A DNA stretch of 45,749 nt from positions 1 through 45,749 of the forward strand of contig CAYSCL010000003.1 in the NCBI GenBank assembly GCA_964429545.1, written 5' to 3'. Positions 24,854 to 33,114 of this stretch are shown here, one piece after another. The notes beneath the pieces are model-generated. The model was not told the DNA's origin and made no database searches. It worked only from the letters and a program-made list of their open reading frames with translations. The first letter of the stretch is position 1, and every line of letters starts with the position of its first letter. Origin of the DNA: Candidatus Woesearchaeota archaeon (GTDB lineage: Archaea; Nanobdellota; Nanobdellia; Pacearchaeales; GW2011-AR1). Made by a program: the position numbers and the translations under genes.

Positions 24854-25492
24854 ATGTCAGATGATAAGTTTATTATGATGTCTATGGAGGACAGTAAGAC
24901 CAAAAGTCTTGCGGATGTTTTAGGTAGTAAAACTTGTAAGAAAATTATTGATTATTTGGTTGATCATGATGAGGCTTCGCAGAAGGATTTGTCAGATGCT
25001 TTGAATATTCCAATGAATACTATGGATTATAATATGAAAAAATTATTGGCTAGTGGCCTTGTTCAAAAGAGGAAGAATTTTTTCTGGAGTAAGAAGGGGA
25101 AAAAGATTGCAATGTATGAGTTAAGTAACAAGTCTATTGTTATTTCGCCTAAAAGAGGGTTTGGAGATAAGATGAAAACTTTGATTCCAGGATTTATGTT
25201 GGCTGCTGTTGGAACTTTTGCTGTTTGGGTTTATGATAGAATTAGGTGGGGAGTTGGAAATTTGGAAGTTGGAAGTGGAGAGATTATGATGGAAAAATCT
25301 GCAGATGTTGCTGTGCCTTCAATGGCAAATAGTTTATACTCTGCTGGAGCAAGTGATGGGGTTAAAGATATAATGATAACTCACGCTCCTGAAATGTTCA
25401 GTTCATCTCCTAGCTTGATTTGGATGTGGTTTTTGGCTGGGGCTTTACTAATATTATTCGCATATTCAATTATAAATTGGAAGAAATTGTAA
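24854..25492 (+). CDS. Membrane-tethered ArsR-type winged-helix regulator
   Basis: CKKIIDYLVDHDEASQKDLSDALNIPMNTMDYNMKKLLASGLVQKR is an ArsR-like wHTH. Two TM segments follow (LIPGFMLAAVGTFAVWVY and LIWMWFLAGALLILFAYSII). The start could instead be the TTG at 24848. Confidence 0.65.
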   Translation: MSDDKFIMMSMEDSKTKSLADVLGSKTCKKIIDYLVDHDEASQKDLSDALNIPMNTMDYNMKKLLASGLVQKRKNFFWSKKGKKIAMYELSNKSIVISPKRGFGDKMKTLIPGFMLAAVGTFAVWVYDRIRWGVGNLEVGSGEIMMEKSADVAVPSMANSLYSAGASDGVKDIMITHAPEMFSSSPSLIWMWFLAGALLILFAYSIINWKKL

Positions 25493-25557
25493 ATTGTTAC
25501 CTTTTTGTAATAATTACAATTAGAAATATTTATAAATTTTAATTTTGATATATTTTT

Positions 25558-26451
25558 ATGTTTAAGAAGTTTTGGAATAAGCTAAAAGAAGAATGGGAAA
25601 AAGAAAATAAGGTTATTTCTGAAGGAAGAAAAAGATTGAAAGAATTAGAAAAAGAGGAAAAACAAAGAGAAGAAGAGGCAAATAAACTATTGAAAGAATT
25701 AGATATTGAGAAGAAGATCAAGGAAGTTATTGATGTTCATCAAAAAGTTATTGACTCTTATAAATTAAACGGGATCAATGTTCATCCATTAAATTTGGGT
25801 GTTGCTTCTCAGGAAAAATTGCAGGAAATTCAATATGGTAAAAAGAAAACATCTAATAATTATATTAACGGTATGTGTGTTTCTGGATTAAATTCAATTA
25901 TTTTGGATGAAGATTTTATTAAAAATGGAAATATTTCTTATATTAAACATGTAATTGCTCATGAATATGGCCATGACATAAGTGATAGATTTAGAAATTC
26001 AATTTATTTGAATAAAAAGTATGGATTTTCTGATTCTGGATTTATTAGGTTGCCTGAATCTACAAAAGATTCAAATTTAATTGATAAAGTATTGGAAGGT
26101 GCACCTAAACTAAAACCTTCTTTAACTAAAATAGAAAAAAGAAGAGAAGAATTTAAAGAATATTTTGAAGAGATGTTTGTTGATTCTATGGCTATGTATG
26201 TTAATGAGGTTATTGATGGGGAAGAGAGATTCTTTTCTTATTCGAAAATTCGTCAAGGAGAAATTTTAAAAGAAGATCCCGAATTTATGGATATTATGGA
26301 ATCAAAATTATATGAAGTATTTTATGATAGGATGTTTACAAAAGGTTTGAAACAAGTTGTAGCAGAATTACCTATCTCTTTTGTTACTGCAATGAAAACT
26401 TTTGAAAAAAGATATAGACCAATTCTTGAAAAGAAACCTATTGCTTTGTAG
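25558..26451 (+). CDS. Hypothetical protein with HExxH zincin motif and N-terminal charged coiled coil
   Basis: HVIAHEYGHDISD is the only recognisable motif. No signal peptide. Confidence 0.45.
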   Translation: MFKKFWNKLKEEWEKENKVISEGRKRLKELEKEEKQREEEANKLLKELDIEKKIKEVIDVHQKVIDSYKLNGINVHPLNLGVASQEKLQEIQYGKKKTSNNYINGMCVSGLNSIILDEDFIKNGNISYIKHVIAHEYGHDISDRFRNSIYLNKKYGFSDSGFIRLPESTKDSNLIDKVLEGAPKLKPSLTKIEKRREEFKEYFEEMFVDSMAMYVNEVIDGEERFFSYSKIRQGEILKEDPEFMDIMESKLYEVFYDRMFTKGLKQVVAELPISFVTAMKTFEKRYRPILEKKPIAL

Positions 26452-26464
26452 ATCTAATATACCT

Positions 26465-26519
26465 GGATAAATAATAACTTCAATTTTATTAGAACTCTTC
26501 GCATTATTTATATATAATA
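26465..26519 (+). promoter_or_regulatory. Conserved ~55-nt upstream block with TATA box (copy B)
   Basis: See 24780..24836. It precedes the SIMPL gene. Confidence 0.45.
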
Positions 26520-26572
26520 AAATTCAATATATTTTATGGAAAATGAATATAAGGCAAAAAGGAGGATATAAA

Positions 26573-27331
26573 ATGAAAAAACAAAATAATGCTATTGTTG
26601 TAACTTCGATTATTTCGGGTGTTGTTCTAGTTATAGCTTTGATTGCACTTTTTTCTTTTAACCGTGTTACTTCTGGATATGGGGGCGATACTGTAAATGT
26701 TCAAGGAATTGCAAGTGTTGATGCTATGCCTGATTTAATTACAGTTTATTTCAATATTGAAACTAAAGGAGAAACAACAACTGAGGCTAAAGATGCCAAT
26801 TCTGAAATTTTGAATGATTTGATTGATTCATTAGTTTTGGAAGGATTTGAAAGAAAAGAAATTATCACTGAAAATTTTAATATCTATGAGAACTGTGAAT
26901 GGGCGGACGGAAGTAGAGAATGTGATGGTTACAAAGCAACTCATTCGGTTAAAGTTGAATTATCAATTGATGAGCAAGATTTAATTGGTACAGTTGTTGA
27001 TGTAGGTGTTGATGCTGGAGCGGGAATTAGCTATATTAATTTTGAGTTGACTCGTGAATCTCAAAATATGTATAAAGCTGAAGCTATGAAACTTGCTGCA
27101 AAGGATGCCACAATTAAAGCTGAAGCTGTTGCTGAAGGTTTTGATAAAAAAGTTGGTAAACTTGTTTCAGTACAAGTTAATGAATTTGGTTATTATCCTT
27201 GGAATGTTTATTCTTCTAGAGCCGGTGGAGTTATGGAAGATGCTGCTCTTGCAAAAGAAGCGGTTTCTAATATACAACCTGGTGAAAAAGAAGTGACTGC
27301 AACTGTTAGTGCTAGTTTCAAACTGAAATAA
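26573..27331 (+). CDS. SIMPL/DUF541 family exported protein
   Basis: The ATG at 26573 follows an aaaggagga SD. There is a TM/signal segment. The signatures are GIASVDAMPDLITVYFNIETKG...ATHSVKVEL...IQPGEKEVTATVSASFKL. Confidence 0.75.
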   Translation: MKKQNNAIVVTSIISGVVLVIALIALFSFNRVTSGYGGDTVNVQGIASVDAMPDLITVYFNIETKGETTTEAKDANSEILNDLIDSLVLEGFERKEIITENFNIYENCEWADGSRECDGYKATHSVKVELSIDEQDLIGTVVDVGVDAGAGISYINFELTRESQNMYKAEAMKLAAKDATIKAEAVAEGFDKKVGKLVSVQVNEFGYYPWNVYSSRAGGVMEDAALAKEAVSNIQPGEKEVTATVSASFKLK

Positions 27332-27357
27332 ATTTATTTTTTTATTTTTTTTATTTT

Positions 27358-28173
27358 TTATTGATTGAATTTTTTCATTAATTCATAGTAGATCATTGAT
27401 TCGTCTTCAATGTATTGAGATTTTAAATTTGTTAAGTATTCTCTTGCATAAACTAATCTATCTGGTCCTGTTAAAGTTCTCCTTGCTAAACCTTGTAAGG
27501 GAGGATAGGGTATATTGTTTCCTTCTAAAGAAATGATAGGAACTTTTACTTGATATCCCAACCCCATCAAAAACAAAGCATTTTTATCATGTTTTTTTCC
27601 GTTTTCATAATTTACAACAATTATATCATATTTGTTAGGTATTTCTTCTAAATTTTGTCCAATGTCAAAAATTGAAACTTTTTTATTATATCTAGCAACT
27701 TGTTCATGCAATAATTCATCAATTTGTTTATTTATATCTCCTGCAAATAAAATAGAATTGTATGGTTCTCTTGATTTTGTTTTATCAATTTCAGGAATTG
27801 AATTTTGATTAGAAATTAATTTCGGATTTTTAGACAAAAAATCATAGCATTCTTCTTTTGTGTTGAATTTATATGATGCTACTTTATCCAATATCAAATC
27901 TTTAATTTCATTTTCATCTACTGCAATTATCGGTCTTGCTGTTGCTCTTCCACCCCCTAATTCAGAATAAGACATTGTTCCTAATCTTGTTTCTTCTTTG
28001 ATATAAGCTAAAGAGGGTTTATTTGATGCTGCACCCATATCATCAGTTATTAGTCTTGCATTTGAAGATTGATTGTTATTTATCGGGTTAATAAATTTTG
28101 TATTTGGTAAAGCATTTATGAAATCTTTCCTCCAACCTGTGAATCCTCCGATTAAATAAATCTCATTTTCCAT
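27358..28173 (-). CDS. Hypothetical protein; two halves loosely resembling nucleoside 2-deoxyribosyltransferase-like (NDT/TIR-fold) domains
   Basis: N-terminal IYLIGGFTGWRKDF ... SELGGGRATARPIIAV, and a second half ILFAGDINK ... LFLMGLGYQVKVPIISL. The resemblance is weak. Confidence 0.35.
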   Translation of the reverse strand: MENEIYLIGGFTGWRKDFINALPNTKFINPINNNQSSNARLITDDMGAASNKPSLAYIKEETRLGTMSYSELGGGRATARPIIAVDENEIKDLILDKVASYKFNTKEECYDFLSKNPKLISNQNSIPEIDKTKSREPYNSILFAGDINKQIDELLHEQVARYNKKVSIFDIGQNLEEIPNKYDIIVVNYENGKKHDKNALFLMGLGYQVKVPIISLEGNNIPYPPLQGLARRTLTGPDRLVYAREYLTNLKSQYIEDESMIYYELMKKFNQ

Positions 28174-28226
28174 GTTTTAGGAAAATTTTCTACTTTTTTA
28201 AAGAAATATGTTTTAGAAAATATATT

Positions 28227-28343
28227 AGATTAAATTGCAGGACAATCTAAAGATACCAGCCAATTAAATCAAAGATTAAATTGCAGGAAGCCACCTCCTC
28301 AAGACTGATTAGACAACGTCCTGCATAAGAATAAAAATTTTTA
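28227..28343 (+). ncRNA. Candidate small structured RNA in a GC-rich intergenic island (strand tentative)
   Basis: A TATA-like aaaatatatt lies at 28217..28226. A 16-nt direct repeat agattaaattgcagga occurs at 28227 and 28273. An 8-bp long-range stem pairs tgcaggac (28236..28243) with gtcctgca (28318..28325). CCACCTCCTC is at 28291..28300, and a T-run at 28338..28342 follows. Confidence 0.25.
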
Positions 28344-28369
28344 TGATTATAGAAGTTTTTACGAATATA

Positions 28370-28717
28370 TTATTCTCTTAAGAAATATTGTCTTATTAAT
28401 TTATGGTATTTATTTTTTAATTCTTCAGGATTTTTGATGTTTTCTTCTCCTGGATGAATTTGTGCATCCACGTATAAATTTCCATTTTTATGATATTTTA
28501 TTCCTATTAATAATTTATTATTTGCTTCTCCCGGACTTGGGCTGGGAGTAATTTCAAATTCTTTTAAATTTTTATTATAGTCATTTATTGAATCTATTGA
28601 AGGCAAAGGAGCAGTTACAAACAAACCTATTTCTTTATATGTTTTAATGAATTTTTCTAAATCATTTTCTTTCAATTTTCCGTAAAGAATTTTTGTGTTT
28701 GGTATTTGTCCATTCAT
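28370..28717 (-). CDS. Hypothetical protein (115 aa)
   Basis: A long ORF with a 4-nt ATGA overlap with the upstream gene. No family recognised. Confidence 0.55.
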   Translation of the reverse strand: MNGQIPNTKILYGKLKENDLEKFIKTYKEIGLFVTAPLPSIDSINDYNKNLKEFEITPSPSPGEANNKLLIGIKYHKNGNLYVDAQIHPGEENIKNPEELKNKYHKLIRQYFLRE

Positions 28718-29037
28718 TTTAATTGATTGTATAACAAATCTGCAAGTGTTTTTTGTTTTTCTAAAGAAAATGTTTGTTCTAAATAAACAGCGCCATTTTC
28801 TTTTTGCAATCTAAATGCAAAGTCATTTTTTCTTAAATTTTTGAAATAAATTGGTTTTGATAAATCTGGATTTAATTCTTTTATTTTGTCTGATAATTCA
28901 AGTAATGAAGAATATCCTTTTTCTTTCCAATCAAATTGTTTTCCTTCAGAAGATAATTTTTCTAAAACATAAGTTGTTTTTTCATGTCCTGGAAAATATA
29001 TTTGATAAATATTGAATTTTAAAATTGATTCTGCCAT
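28714..29037 (-). CDS. Hypothetical protein (107 aa)
   Basis: A long ORF that starts 1 nt after the cyclophilin stop. No family recognised. Confidence 0.55.
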   Translation of the reverse strand: MAESILKFNIYQIYFPGHEKTTYVLEKLSSEGKQFDWKEKGYSSLLELSDKIKELNPDLSKPIYFKNLRKNDFAFRLQKENGAVYLEQTFSLEKQKTLADLLYNQLK

Positions 29038-29038
29038 T

Positions 29039-29500
29039 TTATAAAATTTCTCCCTTTATTATCTTAACTTCTTTAAGGGGCCTATCGTTTTGGTCCGTTG
29101 GGACTTTTGCTATTTCATCAATAACATCCATCCCTTCGATTACTTTTCCAAAAGCAGGATGTTTAGAATCAAGAAAATTATTATCAACTAAATTTATGAA
29201 AAATTGTGATGAGCCTGTATTTGGTCCTGCATTTGCCATGGAGATTGTTCCCCGATTATTCTTGTTTCCGCCTGCATGGGTGAATTCATCTTGTATATTG
29301 GGAATTTTTGGATCGCCATAGCCAGTTCCTGTTGGATCTCCTGCTTGAATCATGAAATCTGGAATAATTCTATGAGAAATTGTATTGTCATACGTTCCTT
29401 GTTTTACTAAATTAAGAAAATTTTCAGTTGTTATTGGCATATCTTTGTAAAGATTAATGGTTATTTCTCCATGTGTTGTAGTTAATTTTACTCTTGTCAT
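29039..29500 (-). CDS. Cyclophilin-type peptidyl-prolyl cis-trans isomerase (cytosolic form)
   Basis: HRIIPDFMIQAGDPTGTG...GTISMANAGPNTGSSQFFINL...HPAFGKVIEGMDVIDEI. Confidence 0.9.
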   Translation of the reverse strand: MTRVKLTTTHGEITINLYKDMPITTENFLNLVKQGTYDNTISHRIIPDFMIQAGDPTGTGYGDPKIPNIQDEFTHAGGNKNNRGTISMANAGPNTGSSQFFINLVDNNFLDSKHPAFGKVIEGMDVIDEIAKVPTDQNDRPLKEVKIIKGEIL

Positions 29501-29524
29501 ATTTTAGGATAATTTGTCTATTTT

Positions 29525-29932
29525 TTAAAAGTATTCTTTTTCTAAAAGCTGGCATAAATGATTTAAATTATTAAATTCAATTATTTTTTCTGCTTCTGCC
29601 CTATATTCTGGAAAATCTAATTCTTTCTTTATTGCTAAAATATATTTTTGATTAATTTCTATTGCTTTTTCAAATTCCATCTTCATGCCATTACTTTCAT
29701 CCCCGGATTTTATTAATCCTAAACAAATATCGCTGCCTTCTTGTATTTCCAAACATTTTCTATAGATTTCTTCATTTGAAAAATTATTTTCAATAAAATA
29801 TTTTTCTAATTTCATTGAATGGAAAACTTCATACCCTTTTTTTGAAAGAACTTTTTCTAATTTATTTAGAAGAATATTCAATTTTTTTGGTTCTTCTCCA
29901 GTATATCTATAAGAAATAAATATTTTTTCCAT
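29525..29932 (-). CDS. Small NDT/TIR-fold-like protein (nucleoside 2-deoxyribosyltransferase-like)
   Basis: The IFISYRYTGE start is typical of TIR/NDT-like Rossmannoid domains. SGDESNGMKMEFEKAIEINQKYILAI resembles the D.G...E.G.A...GK motif of the NDT family. Confidence 0.4.
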   Translation of the reverse strand: MEKIFISYRYTGEEPKKLNILLNKLEKVLSKKGYEVFHSMKLEKYFIENNFSNEEIYRKCLEIQEGSDICLGLIKSGDESNGMKMEFEKAIEINQKYILAIKKELDFPEYRAEAEKIIEFNNLNHLCQLLEKEYF

Positions 29933-30013
29933 AATTTTTTATGGAATTGAAGATATTTAATCATTATTATTTATTACAATTATTAATTTAAAGCTAGATT
30001 TTTTTAATTATTT

Positions 30014-30655
30014 ATGAAACTGAAAGAAATTTCAGAAGGAATATTTTATATTGGGTTTAAGAAGCGTGAAAAAATAGCAAACACTTTCATGAAACTTCAT
30101 GGGTATTACGAAAATCCAAAGTTTAAAGGCAAAATTTTTAGTGAAAAACAATTTGAAAGGTGGTTTAGATTACATACTTCTATGGGAAAAGAATATGAAT
30201 TAAGATTTAGAGACATTGCAGGAGGATTTAACATTCCAGACTATAATTTTAAACCTTTCATACAGGGAAAATTTGATTTGATTAAAGAAGAAAAAGAGTT
30301 AATAGAAAAAATTTCTGAAATTGATAAAAATAAATTTATTATAATTAGTTCAATCATTGGGGAAGAAGAATTCTTTAAACATGAATTAGCACATGCATAT
30401 TTTTATATGAAAAAAAATTATAAAGAAGAGATAATTGGTTATTTCAAATCAATACCCAAGACTAAATTAAGAAATATGGAAAAAGTATTGGAATGTCATG
30501 AAGTTTATCACCCCTCAAGATTTATTGATGAAATGCAAGCAAATTTGTTAACCAAACACAATACGTTTTTATTCAATAAAAGATTGGATGAAAATTTTTT
30601 GAGGGAAGCAAACAAAAACATCCAACAAATTTTTAATAAATATAATTTATATTAA
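30014..30655 (+). CDS. Hypothetical protein with HELAH (HExxH) motif, possibly SprT-like minimal zincin
   Basis: EEFFKHELAHAYFYM is the only motif recognised. Confidence 0.4.
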   Translation: MKLKEISEGIFYIGFKKREKIANTFMKLHGYYENPKFKGKIFSEKQFERWFRLHTSMGKEYELRFRDIAGGFNIPDYNFKPFIQGKFDLIKEEKELIEKISEIDKNKFIIISSIIGEEEFFKHELAHAYFYMKKNYKEEIIGYFKSIPKTKLRNMEKVLECHEVYHPSRFIDEMQANLLTKHNTFLFNKRLDENFLREANKNIQQIFNKYNLY

Positions 30656-31234
30656 TTCAATCTTTTCTATCACAATTTCTTTAACAGGCCAGTTTGGCAT
30701 TCCATTTTTTGTTGTTGTTTGTGATTTTTCTATTTCATCCACAATTTCAAATCCATCAATAACTTTTCCAAATACTGCATAACCTTGATCTCTAACTCCA
30801 TAATCTAAAAAAGTATTGTTTGCTGTGTTTATGAAAAACTGTGATGTTGCTGAATTTGAATTTTTTGTTCTCGCCATTGCTAGGGTGTATTTTTCATTTG
30901 ATAAGCCATTATCTGATTCTAAAACTATTGGATTGTGTGTTTGTTTTTGTATACCCATTTCTGTAAAGCCTCCACCTTGAATCATGAATCCTGGGATTAC
31001 TCTATGAAAAACTGTTCCATGATAGAAATCTTCTTCTACATATGTTTTGAAATTTTCTACTGTAATTGGTGCTTTATTGGGATACAACTCCACAATTATG
31101 TCTCCTTTTGAAGTTTGAATTTTCACTTCATTTTTTAGTGTTGGAAGAATAATTAGAAATAAAGTAGTTATTATTGCTACAAATATAATAACCATCATCA
31201 TTGTTTCCTTTTTTGTCAATTTTCTATTTTTCAT
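30647..31234 (-). CDS. Cyclophilin-type PPIase with N-terminal membrane anchor/signal (exported form)
   Basis: The TM helix MMMVIIFVAIITTLFLIILP is followed by FHRVIPGFMIQGGGF...YTLAMARTKNSNSATSQFFIN...YAVFGKVIDGFEIVDEI. Confidence 0.9.
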   Translation of the reverse strand: MKNRKLTKKETMMMVIIFVAIITTLFLIILPTLKNEVKIQTSKGDIIVELYPNKAPITVENFKTYVEEDFYHGTVFHRVIPGFMIQGGGFTEMGIQKQTHNPIVLESDNGLSNEKYTLAMARTKNSNSATSQFFINTANNTFLDYGVRDQGYAVFGKVIDGFEIVDEIEKSQTTTKNGMPNWPVKEIVIEKIELI

Positions 31235-31308
31235 AAAGAATGTAGGGCATTTTTCTTTTTATAGTTTATCACTTAATTCTTTAAAAATTATGTTTTCAAA
31301 AGAAAGTT

Positions 31309-31632
31309 ATGAAATTTTATTCGCATAGAAAAGAGAAAAGAAAATTGGATGAAATAAAAATTTCTTTTTTAGAAAAATTTTTGATTAATATTCCAAATAT
31401 TGTTGACTATCCCAAGTTTAGATACATCGTATGGAAAAATGAAGCAACATTTGAATTAGATCCTTATTATTCGGAGGGTTTATGGAAAGGAATGGTTAAT
31501 TCTAGGATTGATGATTATAAGAGAATGATTATTGCTAAAAAAGATAATAAAAAAATTGAAGATGTTTTGACATTATATAAAAATACAAAGTGTGGGAATT
31601 TAATGATTTGTGTTTGTAAAAAATTTAATTGA
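31309..31632 (+). CDS. Hypothetical protein (107 aa)
   Basis: ORF only. Confidence 0.45.
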   Translation: MKFYSHRKEKRKLDEIKISFLEKFLINIPNIVDYPKFRYIVWKNEATFELDPYYSEGLWKGMVNSRIDDYKRMIIAKKDNKKIEDVLTLYKNTKCGNLMICVCKKFN

Positions 31633-32056
31633 TTATTTCATGGCCTAATTCGGTTAGTTTTTTTATGAATGGATATAATTTGTTATTTTGATATGCGGGA
31701 CATTTTCCAGAAATTTTTATTTTGTCTAAATGGACAAAAATTGGGAATTCATGACAAACCCTTGGTCTTTCGGGATTTTTGTGGATTGTGCATTTATTGT
31801 CTTTCAATGCGGGGCAACCTCCAAGACTATTTGCAAAATCTATTTGAAATTTTCCAGAGAAAGGGAATTCTTTTATTTTTCCTTCTTTTTCTAATATTTC
31901 TTCTTTTTGTTTTGTTGCAATTTGATTTAGTTGGTGTCTTCTTACCATAATATAACCTTTTTTACAACAATATGCTTTACATTCGTTAATACAGAAATCA
32001 GAAATGGCCCTTCTTGCCTCATCAGCAATCAACTCAGCTTCTTTAAATTTTGACAT
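31625..32056 (-). CDS. YkgJ/UPF0153 family Zn/Fe-chelating CxxCxxCC protein
   Basis: CINECKAYCCKKGYI plus GGCPALKDNKCTIHKNPERPRVCHEFP. Confidence 0.7.
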   Translation of the reverse strand: MSKFKEAELIADEARRAISDFCINECKAYCCKKGYIMVRRHQLNQIATKQKEEILEKEGKIKEFPFSGKFQIDFANSLGGCPALKDNKCTIHKNPERPRVCHEFPIFVHLDKIKISGKCPAYQNNKLYPFIKKLTELGHEIIN

Positions 32057-32119
32057 GGGGGTGATTTTGGCAAGCCAAAGATTAAAGATTGGAGTCTTTT
32101 TAGATTATAAATTTATGTT

Positions 32120-32875
32120 TTAGAAAAAAACCCTCAAAATAATAATTATTCCTAGGATAATGCTTGCTCCTGCAACAAAATATTTTAATCTCTTTGCTTT
32201 TGTTATTTTAACTCCAATGACTGCTAGGGGAGTTGAAATTAATCCTCCGATTAATAATGAAACTACTAGCCCCCAATTTGTATGGTTTATTCCATTTATA
32301 ATTAAATAAATCAAGAAACCTACTAAACTTACAACACCTTCGGATAATGCAGTTATTCCTACTGCATGTTTACTTTTCACTCCCGAGGATATTTGACCTC
32401 CCGCCAAGACTGGCCCGTATCCTCCTCCAGAAATTCCTTTATTGAAAGAAGCAAGGGAAGCAAAAACAATTAACCTCTTTTTTGAAAATTTCCTTTTTTT
32501 CTTAAATATGAAAATTGAAATTCCAATTATTACAATAAGTAATCCGATATATATTTTCAGAATTGTTTCTGGAATGTTTATTGCAACAAAGGCTCCAACG
32601 ACTATTGAAATTATTCCGAAGATGATTAGAATTGAAAGTATTTTTTTATTTTCTTTTGTGAAAAAATTTATGTTTTTGAATCCGTGATGCATTGATCCGG
32701 CAATTAAACTTAAAATTGCACTAGTTAATATTACTGCAGAAATTACCTCTAAAGGTGCAAAACCCATCAGTAATAAAATTGGAGTTAATGTTCCATACCC
32801 CATTCCTGCATATGCGTCAAAAAATTCTAAAATAAAAGCTGCAATTATTGCTGAAATGAATAATTGGAATATCAT
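32120..32875 (-). CDS. TauE/SafE (TSUP, DUF81) family anion exporter/permease
   Basis: 251 aa with about 8 TM helices and an internal repeat carrying G-rich motifs (AGMGYGTL, ISGGGYGPVLAGG). Confidence 0.75.
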   Translation of the reverse strand: MIFQLFISAIIAAFILEFFDAYAGMGYGTLTPILLLMGFAPLEVISAVILTSAILSLIAGSMHHGFKNINFFTKENKKILSILIIFGIISIVVGAFVAINIPETILKIYIGLLIVIIGISIFIFKKKRKFSKKRLIVFASLASFNKGISGGGYGPVLAGGQISSGVKSKHAVGITALSEGVVSLVGFLIYLIINGINHTNWGLVVSLLIGGLISTPLAVIGVKITKAKRLKYFVAGASIILGIIIILRVFF

Positions 32876-32974
32876 GTAGATAATATTATGTTTTGCCTTA
32901 TATTAACTTTATCTAATATATTCGGGTTAATTTAGTTAAATAAAAATTACTTTGTTGATTTAAGGAGGTGTAAA

Positions 32975-33112
32975 ATGGCGGTACCAAAAACATCAAAAGC
33001 AGCTGAAACTCAAATCAAGAGATTGGAAAAAAAGATTAAAGATTTGAAGAAACGAAAAGACATGCTTGAGAAAAAAGAGAAAGAAGAAAAGAAGAAAAAA
33101 GAAAAGAAATAA
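32975..33112 (+). CDS. Possible 45-aa Lys/Glu-rich coiled-coil micro-protein
   Basis: A perfect aggaggtg SD lies 4 nt before the ATG. The product is MAVPKTSKAAETQIKRLEKKIKDLKKRKDMLEKKEKEEKKKKEKK. It is below the track cutoff. Confidence 0.4.
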   Translation: MAVPKTSKAAETQIKRLEKKIKDLKKRKDMLEKKEKEEKKKKEKK

Positions 33113-33114
33113 AT

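Noticed and set aside
28236-28325. I considered a tRNA or rRNA fragment in the GC-rich islands (also 43552..43591).
   Set aside because: There is no T-loop GTTCRANNC, no cloverleaf and no acceptor pairing. The anti-SD-like string is not flanked by 16S 3'-end sequence (GGATCA).
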